Assembly: GCF_009914755.1 (NCBI RefSeq)
Contig: NC_060926.1
Reading direction: 5' to 3' (one strand)
Origin: the human T2T-CHM13v2.0 reference genome, Homo sapiens
DNA length: 64,000 nucleotides
Shown: one piece after another, positions 12,655-28,287 of the stretch
Layout: the number at the start of each line of letters is the position of its first letter
How positions within the stretch are numbered: position 1 is the first letter of the stretch
The notes under the pieces: model-generated
What the model was told of the DNA's origin: nothing
The model's input: only the letters and a program-made list of their open reading frames with translations
Database searches by the model: none
Position numbers and translations under genes: made by a program

Positions 12655-14960
12655 AAGGGATGGTTTAACATCCGCAAATCAATAAATGTGATACACCATG
12701 TAAATGGAATTAAAAACAAAAATCACATAATCATCTCAATAGACACAGAAAAAGCATTTGACAAAATCCAGCATCACTTTATGATTAAAAGCCTCAGCAA
12801 AATTGGCATACAAGGAACATACCTCAATGTAGAAAAGCCATCCATGATAAATACACAGCCAACACAATACTGACCAGGGAAAGTTGAAAGCATTCCCTCT
12901 GAGAACTGGAACAATACAGGGATACCCACTCTCACCACTTCTATTCAACATAGTACTGGAAGTCCTAGCCAGAGCAATCAGACAAAAGAAAGAAATAAAG
13001 GGCATCCAAATTGGTAAAGAGGAAGTCAAACTGTTGCTGTTTGCTGATGATAAGTTTGTATACCTAGCAAATCCTAAAGACTCTTCCAGAAAGCTCCTAG
13101 AACTGATAAAATAATTCAGCAAAACTTCTGGATACAAAGTTAATGAACACAAATCAGTAGCTCTCCTATACACCAACAGTGACCAAGCTGAGAATCAAAT
13201 AAAGAACTTAACCCCTTTTACAATAGCTGCCAAAATATATATAGAATTAGAAATATACCTAACCAAGGATGTGAAAAACCTTTGTGAGGAAAACTACAAA
13301 ACACTACTGAAAGAAATCATAGACAACACAAACAAATGAAAACACATCCATGCTCATGGATATGAGAAAGTGAACATACTGCCAAAAGCAATGTACACAT
13401 TCAATGCAATTTTCATCAAAATACCACTATGATGCCTCACAGAACCAGAAAAAAACAATCCTAAAATTCATATGGAATCAAAAAAAGAGCTCACATAGCA
13501 AAAGCAAGATGAAACAAATCTGGAGGCATCACATTACCTGATTTTAAACTATGCTATAAGGCTATGGTCCTCAAAACAGCATGGTACTGGTGTAAAAATA
13601 GGCACATAGACCAATGAAACAGAATAGAGAACCCAGAAATAAACCTAAACACTTACAGCCAACTGATTTTTGACAAAGCAAACAAAAACATAAAGTGGGG
13701 AAAGGATATCCTATTCAACAAATGGTGCTGGCATAACCAGCAAGTCAGATGTAGGAGAGTGAAACTGGATCCTCATCTCTCACTTTATACAAAACTCAAC
13801 TCAAGATGGATCAAAGACTTAAATCCAAGACCTGAAACCATAAAAATTCTAGAAGATAACATCAGAAAAATCCTTCTAGACATTGGCTTAGGCAAAGATT
13901 TCATGACCAAGGACCCAAAAGCAAATGCAATGAAAACAAAGATAAATAGGTGAGGCTTAATTAAACTAAAGAGATTTTGCATGGCAAAAGAAACAGCAGA
14001 ATAAACAGACAATCCACAGGGTGGGAGAAAATATTCACAATCTGTACATCTGACAAAGGATTAATATCCAGAACCTACAAGCAACTCAAACAAATTAGCA
14101 AGAAAAAAAAACAAACGATGCCATCAAAAAGTGGGCTAAGGACATGAATAGACAATTCTCAAAAGGAGATATTCAAATGGCCAACAAACATGTAAAAAAT
14201 GCTCAATATCACTAATTATCAGGAAGATACAAATCAAAACTACCATGTAATACCACATTACTCCTGCAAGAATAGCCATTATCAAAAAATCAAAAAATAA
14301 TAGATGTTGGCATGGATTTGGTGAATAGGGAACATTTCTACACTCCTGGTGGGAATGTAAACTAGTACAACCACCGTGGAAAACAGTGTGGAGATTCCTT
14401 AAAAAACCAAAAGTAGAACTACCGTTTGACCCAGCAATCCCACTACTGGGCATCTACCCAGAGGAAAAGAAGACATCATACGAAAAAGATACTTGCACAT
14501 GCATGTTTATAGAAGCACAATTCACAATTGCAAAAATGTGGAAGGAGCACAAATGCCCATCGATCAACAAGTAGATAAAGAAAATGTGGTATATATACAA
14601 TGGAATACAACTCAGGCATTAATAGGAATGAATTAAGGGCATTCACAGCAACCTGGATGGGATTGGAGACTCAGTGAAGTAACTCAAGAATGGAAAACCA
14701 AACATTGTATGTTCTCACTCATAAGTGGGAACTAAGCTATGAGAATGTGAAGGTATAAGAATGATACAATGGTCTTTGGGGACTCCAAGGGAAAGGGTGG
14801 GAAGGGGGTGAGGTTTAAAAGACTACAAATCGGTTTCAGTGTATACTGCTCAGGTGATGAGTGCACCAAAATCTCACAAATCAACACTAAATAACTTGCT
14901 CATGTAAACAAATACCACCTGTTCCCCAGAAACCCATGAAAATATTTTTTTTTTAAAAAA
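12655..14960 (+). mobile_element. 5'-truncated L1PB (L1PB1-like), ~2.3 kb, with broken ORF2 RT/C-terminal region and 3' UTR
   Basis: ORF fragments [53 protein letters not shown] and [21 protein letters not shown] match L1 ORF2p; 3' UTR gactacaaat...gtgcaccaaaatctcacaaatc is L1PB type; multiple stops and frameshifts. Confidence 0.93.
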
Positions 14961-15520
14961 GAGAAAACAAACTAATAAATGCATAAAAGTTTTGAACAGA
15001 CTTCACAATATAAGATACATGGATGAAAAATAAACACATGTAAAGATGTTCAACGCAATTAGTCATTAGGGAAATGCAAATTGAAATCAAAGTGAGATGC
15101 TACTATACACATAATAGAATGATTAAAATTTTAAAATGATGGGCAGTTCCAAGTACTGACAAGAATGTGGAGTAATTGGAATTCACATAGATTGCTAATA
15201 GGAACATCTTTTAGCCTCTTGAGTAGAACTTGGCTGTTTCTTATAACGTTCAATATATTGTATTTATCATATGGCCTAGCAATCTTACTCATCAGTATTT
15301 GCCTGCCTGAAATGATAACCTATTATTACATAAAAACCTGTACATGCATAGTGATTATATTAATAATTGCCAAAACTGTAAAGATCCAAATGTACCTCAA
15401 CTGAAGAATTGATCAACAAACTGTGGAGTACCCATACCATGGTATACTATTCAACGATAAAAAGAAACGAGCTGTTCATACACTCAACAGCCTGGATGAA
15501 TCTCAAATGCATTTTATACT
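14961..15520 (+). mobile_element. Old L1M 3' part (continuation after the L1PB insert)
   Basis: Resumes L1M text ttgaacagacttcac...gtcattagggaaatgcaaatt...ggatgaatctcaaatgcatt. Confidence 0.85.
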
Positions 15521-17824
15521 AATTACTGGGTTTTTTTTAAATAACAAGACAAAGAATTCAGAAGTAGCTTGAGGTTTTTGTTAGTTTGTTTTGAATGTCT
15601 GACAACATGAGATAGATTTCTATTAAAATATGAAATGGGAAGAATAGGTCTTCATGCTTCAGAATTCTATTTTTATGTATCTTTAATTGTCGAAGTTACT
15701 CAAATCATCGTGCTTCCGCTTATAGAATTACCTGCCAATATACAAGGGTTTAGGAAATAATCTATCAGTTGGCCCTTCCAATAAATAATATTTATTTCTG
15801 CAGGAGAGCTCACCTGCATTAGCAGTTGGAGGTTTGTTCTTTGGAAGACAGTGGAGTAGGTTTCTGTAAGAAGTTAATAGTTAGATCACTACTTCCTATT
15901 ACGCTCTCAGTAGCTGAACACTGTAGTTGCTTCCAGTTGTATCACAGGTTGGAAATTATTTACAGAAACAAATGCATTGCCTCTCCAAACCTAAATCAGT
16001 GATGATAAGGAACTATGAAGAAGGGAGCCCTGTTTATAAGAGACACAATTTTATCTTTAATTGAAAAACTTATTCCTTTCAACTTTGTTTCAAATATAAC
16101 TAAACCAAGATAGTAACAATGTAGGAAATGTAAGACAGAGATAGGAATTCTTCACAGAATGATTTATACATTCTACATTCCCTTTTGTTTTCACCCAATA
16201 TGGTGAAATGAAAGAAAGAGAGAGTCATTTGAAACAACAGTGATGGCAATTATGGGTCAAGTTCAAAACAAAAAAACTATTCAAATTTGCAAACGCTAAC
16301 ATTTTTGGGTTACTCAACCATCCCATATATAAAATTTTAAACGCATGTGTCTTTTAGGAAAGAAAGCAATATTTATGGAAAGAAGTGAACATTATTATGT
16401 TGTGATTTACAATGGAAAAAATAATTTATTAATTAATAAATTCAGTTAATAAAACATTTGTTTTCCTTTTTGTCTCCACTGATGAGACTAGGAAGAAGGA
16501 ACATCATGTAAAGAAGAAATTACAAGTTTTGTCATATATACATTTAGAAATTATTTTTAAAGTGTTTTGATTATGTAAAATATAAACAATACAGGTAGCA
16601 TTTTCTTTACTGAGACAATCTTTCATTTAAATGGTAATTTATATCTCAAGCATTCACTGTATTTTCTTAACCATTTACCTATCTGAACTTTATCAAACCT
16701 CTGAAACTTTGATCCAGTTGTATCTTCTCATATTTATGCTATTATTCATTTTTAGTTATAGGTAATAAAAAATTGACTAATTAGATTCACAGAATGGCAA
16801 AACTGTAGGAATCTTGGAGATCGATAACAACTCCAGTATTTTTCACGAGTGTAGAAACAGTTACCCAGTGGGGAGTTTCAGTTATGTTTTATTTGAATGG
16901 ATGTACTTAATCTTGCTACTACTCCTCTAAACCAGAGACACTCAAAATCACAATAATTTTGTTAGCTGTATAATTAGTTGAACACCTCTGAGACAAAGTC
17001 ATCGTTGGACCAGAGATTCAGTTTACTTTTCTTTTTGGCAAGTAAGGAGGATTATTGTGAAGGAGAAGCAGCAAATGATCACGTGTGAATTCCCTGGAGT
17101 CAGAGTAGATTAAAAATTGCTAAATTCAAGTCTGAAGAATCCAAGCTAGAAGCTCCCTCTCCACAGTCATCATTCCCACAGCAATAATCTAAAATTGTGA
17201 TTATGCAATTGAAACACCTTTATATTTGACATTCAGAAATTTATTTTTAAAAATACTAAAAATATAATATGAACTATGTAATAGAAAAATATAAAGAAAT
17301 AATACTGATACACCCACTCTTCCCCAGGCAAGCAGAAGTCTTTTTTATCTTCTGAATTTCCAAGAACGTGGGTCTTTCTCTTTTGGTCCTTTTATTTTCA
17401 CTTAACAATATGCCATAAATATGTCTCATATTTATAGAGACTTTATAATTGTATTTTGGATATGCATGTATTATTTAATTGTATTAAAATTACATAATGT
17501 ACAGAAGTATTTCTATAATGTAGCACTAGATTTTATTACTGATGATCTCTGGCCATTTTGTGTAGTGCTACAGCAAACATTTTGTTTCTATAAAAAATAT
17601 GCAATTTGCAAAGATCTTATTTGTTGAAAAAAATCAGAAAACAAAATAGAAAAAGAACATTATCCTTAAGGCCCAGAGGAGATTCACACACATAAACATG
17701 ACTTGATAAATGAATCAACCTCTTTTGTGGAAGAGTGTGTTTGTGTTTGTCATTCTCGATGTGAAGCAAAAACAGAGCTTTTTGAAATTGAGAATCAAGC
17801 CTTAAGGAAAGAAAAGTCAATAGG

Positions 17825-18510
<686 letters not shown>

Positions 18511-19975
18511 AATGTCTTGCATCGTATCCCTTTGGTTTCACTGACTTCAGATACAGGTAAACAGTTCTGTGTAAATTCAGCATCCCCGGATGTTAATGCC
18601 TCTACTCCAGGTGTTTTTCTTCTCTTCCCCTTCTCTGACTGCCTTTCCTGTACGCCTCCAGGCCAGCACAGCCTGAACATGTGGGGAAGCGACAGCCTCC
18701 TGGGGCGATTTCCACCAACTGGGACTGGAGTCAATGGTAACAATTACCATTCAGAATTCCTGTAGACACAGTATTGGAAATCTTTAGAATGACTCATTCT
18801 ATAGAGAAAGCATCCTCTCAAGTGTATGTCCAATGTGAAATTTTATACTAATGGGACAACATTAGCCAACCCAAACTGCCCAGAGCCAGCAGCTAGTATT
18901 TGAGATGCAGGATTGACACGACACAACTACTCAGGACTGGCTGAAGTCATCTTTCCACGGGTAGGTTGAGGATTGAATGGCAGGCTGGGATTTGATGATT
19001 ATCCGGGCTTCATTCTAGAATGCAGGTAAATGTATCCTGCTTATCCACAAGACTAAATTCGCTGAGCCATTATTTTTGTGCACTCTTATACATTAGAGGT
19101 AAGAAGACATTGAAATAGTAGAAAACAAAGAGGTGAGAGATAATGTAAGCAAAATATATATCGAGAAAATCAAGACGACTTTCTTTTCCTGTTAATGTTG
19201 GAATTGTCACATTAACATCCTCAAACGAAAGCAAGGTAAAACACAAGGCAATTTTCACAGAGCCACAAATGAGATCTGACCTCTTTGAGTTCTTTGAAAA
19301 TATCGAAGAATAATTAGAATGTTTTGTGATACACTTTTAGATGGAGGTCAGGATTCATAACTGTTTGAAGAAAGAAAGTCATATGAATACTCATGATAAG
19401 AAGCAATATTTTCAAATATCAAAACAGCCTTCTCACAACTTGTTTCCCATTCCATTGTTTCTGATCTCCTTGACATTGTTGCATCTGGCATTATTTTGAA
19501 AGGGAAAAAGAATGCTGGATTTCGAAGTTAATTTGAGTTTAAACTCTTTCTTTCTAATTAATCAAGTTGTCTTCGGCATCAGATATAAAGGAGTAATCAT
19601 TTGTTCCCCAGGTTTTAAAAATAACACAGAAGTCTGAGTTGTTTTGCTGAATGTTAAAGTGAATGACAGCTGGATGGCCAAACCTGACATCTCTCACCTG
19701 ACTTTCCAGCCAAATCTGCTAAGGGGGTGAAAACCAGAAATAGCCTCAGTGACTTGCAGAGTCTCTGTTCCTGTCAACACTGGCCAACAGCTTTCCTCCA
19801 TTGCAGTTGCTTCCCCCAGGGGTGCTGGAGCCATTGAATGTGCCATTGAATCTTTTATAATTTAGCTCAGCCCTTGTCCTTTGAACGGTCTCTCTCCTTA
19901 GATTTTACCTAATTTCCATATTTATTATTTTATTTTCTCTACAGCAGACACTGAAACTACCTAGACAAAGAGAAG

Positions 19976-21234
19976 CATTTTCACGCCTCACTTAAAGATG
20001 AGAAACATTCTGATAAATGTATTATTAAGTGACTACATTCTTGTGCAAACATCATAGAGTACTTCCTCACACCCAGGTGGCACACCCTACGGTGCACACG
20101 GCTATATGGATAGCCCATTTGCTCTGAGGCCACTCACCTGTACAGCAGGTTACTGAACTGCATACTGTAAGCAATTGTCACACGATGGTCAGTATTTGTG
20201 TATCTAAACATATCTAAACACACACAAGGTACAGTCAAAATATGGCATACAAGTTAAAAAATGGTACACCTGTATGCATTACTTAACATGAATGGAGCTT
20301 TCAGGGCTAGAAGTTATTCTTGATGAGTGAATCGTGCATGAATGTGAAGTCCTGGGCCATCACTGTACACTACTGTCGACTTTAGAAACACTTGTCACTT
20401 AGGCTGCATTAACTATGCAAATACATTTTCATTTCTGTAATAACAAATTAATCTTAGTTTACTGTAACTTTTTAAATTTATACACTTTTAAAAATAATCA
20501 GCTCACTGTAACTTCCTAAATTTACAAACTTTTACAATTATTTTAACTTTTTGACTTTTTTGTAGTAACATAACTGAAAACAAACACTCTGTACAGCTGT
20601 ACAAAAATATTTTTCCTTTGTATCTTTAGCTATATGCTCTTTTATCTTTTTAAAATTATTATTTATTTATTTTTAAACTTTTGTTGTTAAAAGTGAAGAC
20701 GCAAATACACATATTCCCCTAGACCTAACCAGGTTCAGGATCATCAGCATCACTGTCTTCCACCTCCACATCGTGTCCCACTGGAAGGTCTTCACCAGCA
20801 GTAAGACACATGGGCTGTCACCCCCCTGGTAATAATGCTTTCCTCTGGATATCTCCTGAAGGACCTGCCTGGGGCTCTTCTACAATTAACTATTTTTTTG
20901 TACAAGCAGAAGAAGTATAATCTAAAATAATAATTAAAAGTAGAGTACAGCAAATATAGAAACCAGTAACATAATCAATAATTTTATTATTAAGTATTAT
21001 GTACTGTACATAATTGTATGGGCTAGACTTTTTACAGGACTGGCAGCACAGTAGATTTATTTTCACCAGCATCGCTATACACAGGCGAGTAAGGCATTGT
21101 GCTACAGTGTCAGGAGGGCTCCAACGTCACCAGGCAATAGGAAGACATTTTTCAGCTTCATTACAATGTCATGGGACCACTGACACATATATGGTCTGTC
21201 CTTAACTAAAATGCCCTTATGGGATGCAAGACTG
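19976..21234 (+). mobile_element. Tigger3b-like TcMar DNA transposon (non-autonomous), near full length
   Basis: gtgcaaacatcatagagt...gtatttgtgtatctaaacatatctaaaca...; right terminus gactg followed by TA; ~1.26 kb. Confidence 0.88.
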
Positions 21235-22125
21235 TACTTCCCACCTCCACTCTTACCTCCCCATTGAGGAACTACTGTTAGCAAACCAACATCTACATGA
21301 TAGGCTATTATTCTCATTTTGCCTGTGTGGTCTCTTAAACCCAGTCATCTACCAAGGTTTCCCACAAAATGCCCTCACCCTTCCTCTGCCCCTGTGAGGG
21401 CAGGCACAGCATCCTATACTAGCCTCTGGTTGTGCATTTTCCACAGTTAGAAGTCTGTATAGCAAGTACAAAGCCTAGAAAGTTCCTAGAAAACTTAAAG
21501 CTCCTTAGTATGTTATCGGACCTGCCCATTACAGAAGGTTGCAGTATACGCCCTCACATTTTCACATTGCATTCTTATGCTTCTACATCTTCTTTCACCA
21601 TTTGCTCACATGTTCTAGTTTATCTTCCCATCTTCAGTGATTGCAGGTGGTTTCTGTCTAGGTAACAGATCCCTGGTGGACTTTTTTTTTTTTTTGTAGA
21701 GATAATTCAAATTAAAACCACAATACCAAAAAAAAAAATTAAAAAATCTTCCTTTTCACAACCAACTCTTATCAGCCTCCACTCCTCTTTTGCTTATATA
21801 CTGAGAAGGTTTTCCTGCAGCTCAGCTATCATTTCCAGGCTGTATCTCCTTTCTTGCTTTAGATGGCTTGATCTTTTCTCTTTACAATGGAGCTGATTCT
21901 TAAGTCCACGGCCCAATTTCTGCACTTCTGATGTCACATGTCGGGACAACCTCAGGCCTCACCGGCCCGCATCCCATGACGCTTGCTGTCCCTCCTCCTG
22001 TGGAGGTGACTGTTATGGTGTCTGCAGACTTGTCTGATTGGGATGGCTTCAGCTCTCTGGGACTCTTCCTTCCTAGATATTCTTCACATTAGGGCCTCCT
22101 TACCAGCAGCCTCAATTCCCCAACT

Positions 22126-22740
22126 ATGCTGCATTTCATTTCTTCATATTGTGTCCTTAGCCTGCAAAGTTCCCAAATCCTTCCACTGAGGTTTTTTTGC
22201 TGTGGTACGATCTTCAGCAAACCCATGCCCACCGTGAGGCCTCTTCATCCATCCTCCAGTGTCTTTTCTCTTTATCCAGAAACAGACAATAAGTCATTCC
22301 TTCTGAACTCCTTTTTCTCAAACATAAAAGTGAATTTTCAGTGTGCATTCTAGATGACTTGTGCAGTATTTGACACTGACCATCCGTACCTCTTGCTTGG
22401 AATTGTTTTCTCTCCCTTGATCTCCTTCAGAGGAATTCCTCCTGGGTCTTCTCGTACCTCATCACCCATATCATCTCATCTTTTCTCTCCTCCTCTTCCA
22501 TTGCCAGTTTCTTCAGTGTGGGCAGTCTCAGAGGCTTCCAGCTTTGATCCTCTTCATAGGGTCCTATGACACACACTCCAACAATCTGCTCTTTACGTGG
22601 CTTCAAATTCCAATTATCTGCTGACTCCCAGATCCGTCTCCCAGTTGAGCTTGTGTCTCTGATTGTGAGCTGCATACACCTACTTGAGCATTTCACATCC
22701 CTCGCCCCCAACTCAACATCCAACCTCATCAGTTCATTTA
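22126..22740 (+). mobile_element. L2 LINE reverse-transcriptase relic
   Basis: Translations AVFDTDHPYLLL (cf. AAFDTVDHSLLL) and GFKFQLSADSQI (cf. GFKYHLYADDSQI) are decayed L2 RT motifs. Confidence 0.8.
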
Positions 22741-23049
22741 TTTTATTATGTAAGTCATGTCTTTTTTGAGATAAAACTCACATATTATTTATTTCCCAAT
22801 TCTGGTCATAATTATCTTATAAGAAATTTGAAAATGTCATTGAAAAAATGGTATTTTACCTCTTACAACCTACCCAATAGCCAAACAAAAATAACAATAA
22901 GTCCAGAAAACATTTGAAGCCATAAATGAACCCACGATGTTCCTACATACACAGCAAGTTATCTTTCTGACATGGGAAAGTTCTGTTGACCAGGAACGAT
23001 GTAGGCACTGTGGAGATAGAAAGTTGAATCTGACACCATCTTTCTTTTC

Positions 23050-23405
23050 TTAGTCAGTTCAGGCTGCTGTAACAAATTACCATAGGTTGTGTGGCTTAAG
23101 CAACAAACATTGATTTCTCCTGGTTCTGGAGGCTGGAAGTCTGAGATCAGGACTCCAGTTTGGTGGAGCGCTGGTGAGAGCCCTCTTCCTGGTTATGGCC
23201 TCAAATGGATTTTCTGTGGTACATGCATGCAAACAGAGAGATCGCCTGTCTCTTCTTTTTATAAAGGCATTTATCCCATCATGGAGACCCCAACCCCAAC
23301 ACCTCATCTAAACCTGAGTGCTCCACAAAGCGTCCACTTCCAAATACCACCACATTTCCACAGATGCATTTTTTGGGGTGGTACACAAAAGTTTACTCTC
23401 TAGCA
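23050..23405 (-). mobile_element. MLT1A-like MaLR solo LTR
   Basis: ttagtcagttcaggctgctgtaacaaattaccatag...ttctggaggctggaagtctgagatc. Confidence 0.85.
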
Positions 23406-24631
23406 CTTCCATTCTGGAAGCTTGCAGTGTATCAGGCAAGACAGACCATTATATCAAACAGGTTGTGCTCAGAGCTAGAGCAGAGCTTTAAATAATGCCA
23501 TAGGATTTCTACGAGAGGTGAAATATGAAAGTCAACTATACTTTGTGTCTGCCAGATTATCATTAGAAAATCCTATAGGTTCTGATAATTGTAATCAGAT
23601 ACAGTATAAAGTAATTGACTAATAGGAGCATGCATATATCAGGCATGGTTTGGAGGAAATAAATGAAAGAGATCCAGAAAGATGTTAGAAATTCAAGAAC
23701 GGGTTCTCCAAGGAAACATCAAAGTCATTACTATGTCACGAACCTATCTGAAATTGGGACATTTAATCTTCTAACTTCTATGAGAATTATCTAGTCTACA
23801 TCTTCAGGCTTCATTTCCAACTTATTATCTTATCTACTGCCTTATTCTTTCTTACTCTATGACTTAGAGCTTGGATTTCCTGAATTAAAATTAAAAGGTG
23901 GAACATTGTCTTTGAGGAGCTTTTTACTTTCCCTAACTCTCTGCTCCAGCAAATAACACTATCTCCAAGGTCCAGGTGTGGAACCCTGGAGTCATTCCCC
24001 TTTGGTCCACATCCAATTCCATGTCTTACTTCTCACATGTATGCCTTTCTGTCACATAAGAATCCTTGAGTTTGACGCCTAAACTTGAACTTTTCTCCTT
24101 GTTTTAGTTTTTTTCCTCACCTTGGCACTTCTGGAATTCCCTTTCCTTCTTCTGCTCATAGTCATGTCTTTTACTAAATATCCTGTAGAAGAAAAGCACC
24201 ATGGAAGATTCAACCCGGAATGTGAGGTGGTCCTTGCCTGTGGGGTTGCAATCTATTAGGAAACATAGTTCTTCAAACGACCATAAGTTCTTACTCTTTC
24301 CTGATAGATTGCAACCCTGTAGGAAACGTTTGTGGTAGGTGGAGCAGGAGCAAGGTCAGGGTGGTCACCCATTAGTAATGGGACATGCTTGTTTCCAATC
24401 TCATGCTTTTTTCATTTTTTCTTTTCGCTGCCACCTTTTCATAAAGTTTGAGAATGAGCTTATTGGCTTATTTTGGGCACACAGGTAATGAGGGATACAG
24501 AATGTGGTGTTGTCATTTGTTTGATCATTACATGGGGGTACCTGGGAAGAAAGGACAAGATTTCCTCTGGTAGCAGTTAAAGACAACACAGGGTCCAATG
24601 TCTGAATGTGATGGGCAGTGCCTTTTCACTA

Positions 24632-24768
24632 TTTTTATTTTTGTTTCTTTTGTATTTTTTAGAGATAGGGTCTTAGTCTGTCACCGAGGCTGGAGTGCAG
24701 TGGTAGAGCAGAGCTCACTACAGCTTCAACCTTCTAGAATCAAGCCATCCTCCTGCCTCAGCCTCCCA
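24632..24768 (-). mobile_element. Alu monomer (FLAM/AluJ fragment)
   Basis: T-tail followed by agagatagggtct...ggctggagtgcagtgg...cctcagcctccca. Confidence 0.85.
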
Positions 24769-24777
24769 ATTGTCACT

Positions 24778-26450
<1,673 letters not shown>

Positions 26451-26455
26451 CTACC

Positions 26456-26765
26456 TGTCTTCGTCCATTCTGGCTGCTATGACAGAATACCGTAGACTTG
26501 GTGCTTTATAAACAACACAAATTTATTCCTCACAATTCTAGAGATGGTGGTGTCTGAGATCAAGGTGCTGGGAGATTCGGTGTCTGGTGGTCGCTCCCTG
26601 GTTCACACATACACATCCATCTATGTGCATGGGGGTTACCACCACCAGCAGATGCCCCTTCCTGCCTCCAAGGGATATTTCATCTCCTTTTCATGAGAAG
26701 CACGGTGACCGTGAAATAAGCTGATCTTTTTGCTTCCATCTCCCAAGGTACTTTTTACAGCACCT
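26456..26765 (-). mobile_element. MaLR LTR (MLT1A/MSTD-like)
   Basis: tgtcttcgtccattctggctgctatgacagaataccgtagact...tctgagatcaaggtgc. Confidence 0.7.
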
Positions 26766-26788
26766 ACCCAACATTCTGCTACTAGGGT

Positions 26789-27512
<724 letters not shown>

Positions 27513-28016
27513 AGTGTTGAGACAAAAAAATGGAATTGTCCTAATTGTAATCTTTGTCCTTTCTTCATAGCTAAGAATCACAGTCTACATCCAAATGCAA
27601 AAACATATCCACAACAGAACAAATAATTAATATGTAGTTTGTATACAATTTTAACTCTGTTTGTGGTACTTGGGCATTGTTATGAATTTGGCTTTCAGAG
27701 CTGGAATTTTTTTTTTTTTTTTGGTAAACCTTCTCACGAAGCAGTCTTAGTATTTGTTAAAAAAAATATGAGATTTATTTTTGGTTTGTAAAATAAAACA
27801 TTTACAAAAAATGTATTGAAAGAATGAGAGATTAGAGATAGATAAATCAGACTGAAAACAAGGTCCTTTACTGGAAAAGGCTGGCATGTGTTACATTACA
27901 AAGACTTTAAGTGGCTATATATGTGGAAGACGTAAAGGGAGAAAGTTACTTCAAAAATTAAAGTTAGAGCTACTGAGAGGATGATGCCACCACTGTCTGG
28001 GAGCTGTGACTGAAGA

Positions 28017-28287
28017 GTGTGCATGCACGCATGTGTGTGCATGTGTGTCTGTGTGTGTGCACACGTGTGTGCACTGTGTGTGTGTGCATGCATGTGTGTG
28101 GTATGTGCGCACGTGTGTGGTGTGTGTGCATGTGTGTCTGTGTGTGGGCATGTATGTGTGCACGTGTGTGCATGTGTGTGTGCGTGTGTGTATGTGCCTT
28201 GTGTGCGTGTATGTGGTGTGTATGTGCGTGTGTGTCTGTGTGTGCACGCATGCATGTGTGTGTGGTGTGTGTGTGGGTGTGTCTGTG
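28017..28287. repeat. Degenerate (TG)n/(TGCA) alternating purine-pyrimidine tract
   Basis: ~270 bp seen directly; source of six spurious CV/HT-rich ORFs. Confidence 0.95.

Noticed and set aside
12616-14574. Reverse-transcriptase-like ORFs as a functional gene
   Set aside because: Fragments of a 5'-truncated L1PB ORF2 with multiple stops and frameshifts
24381-24390. p53 response element (GGACATGCTT)
   Set aside because: Only one half-site, with no adjacent second decamer
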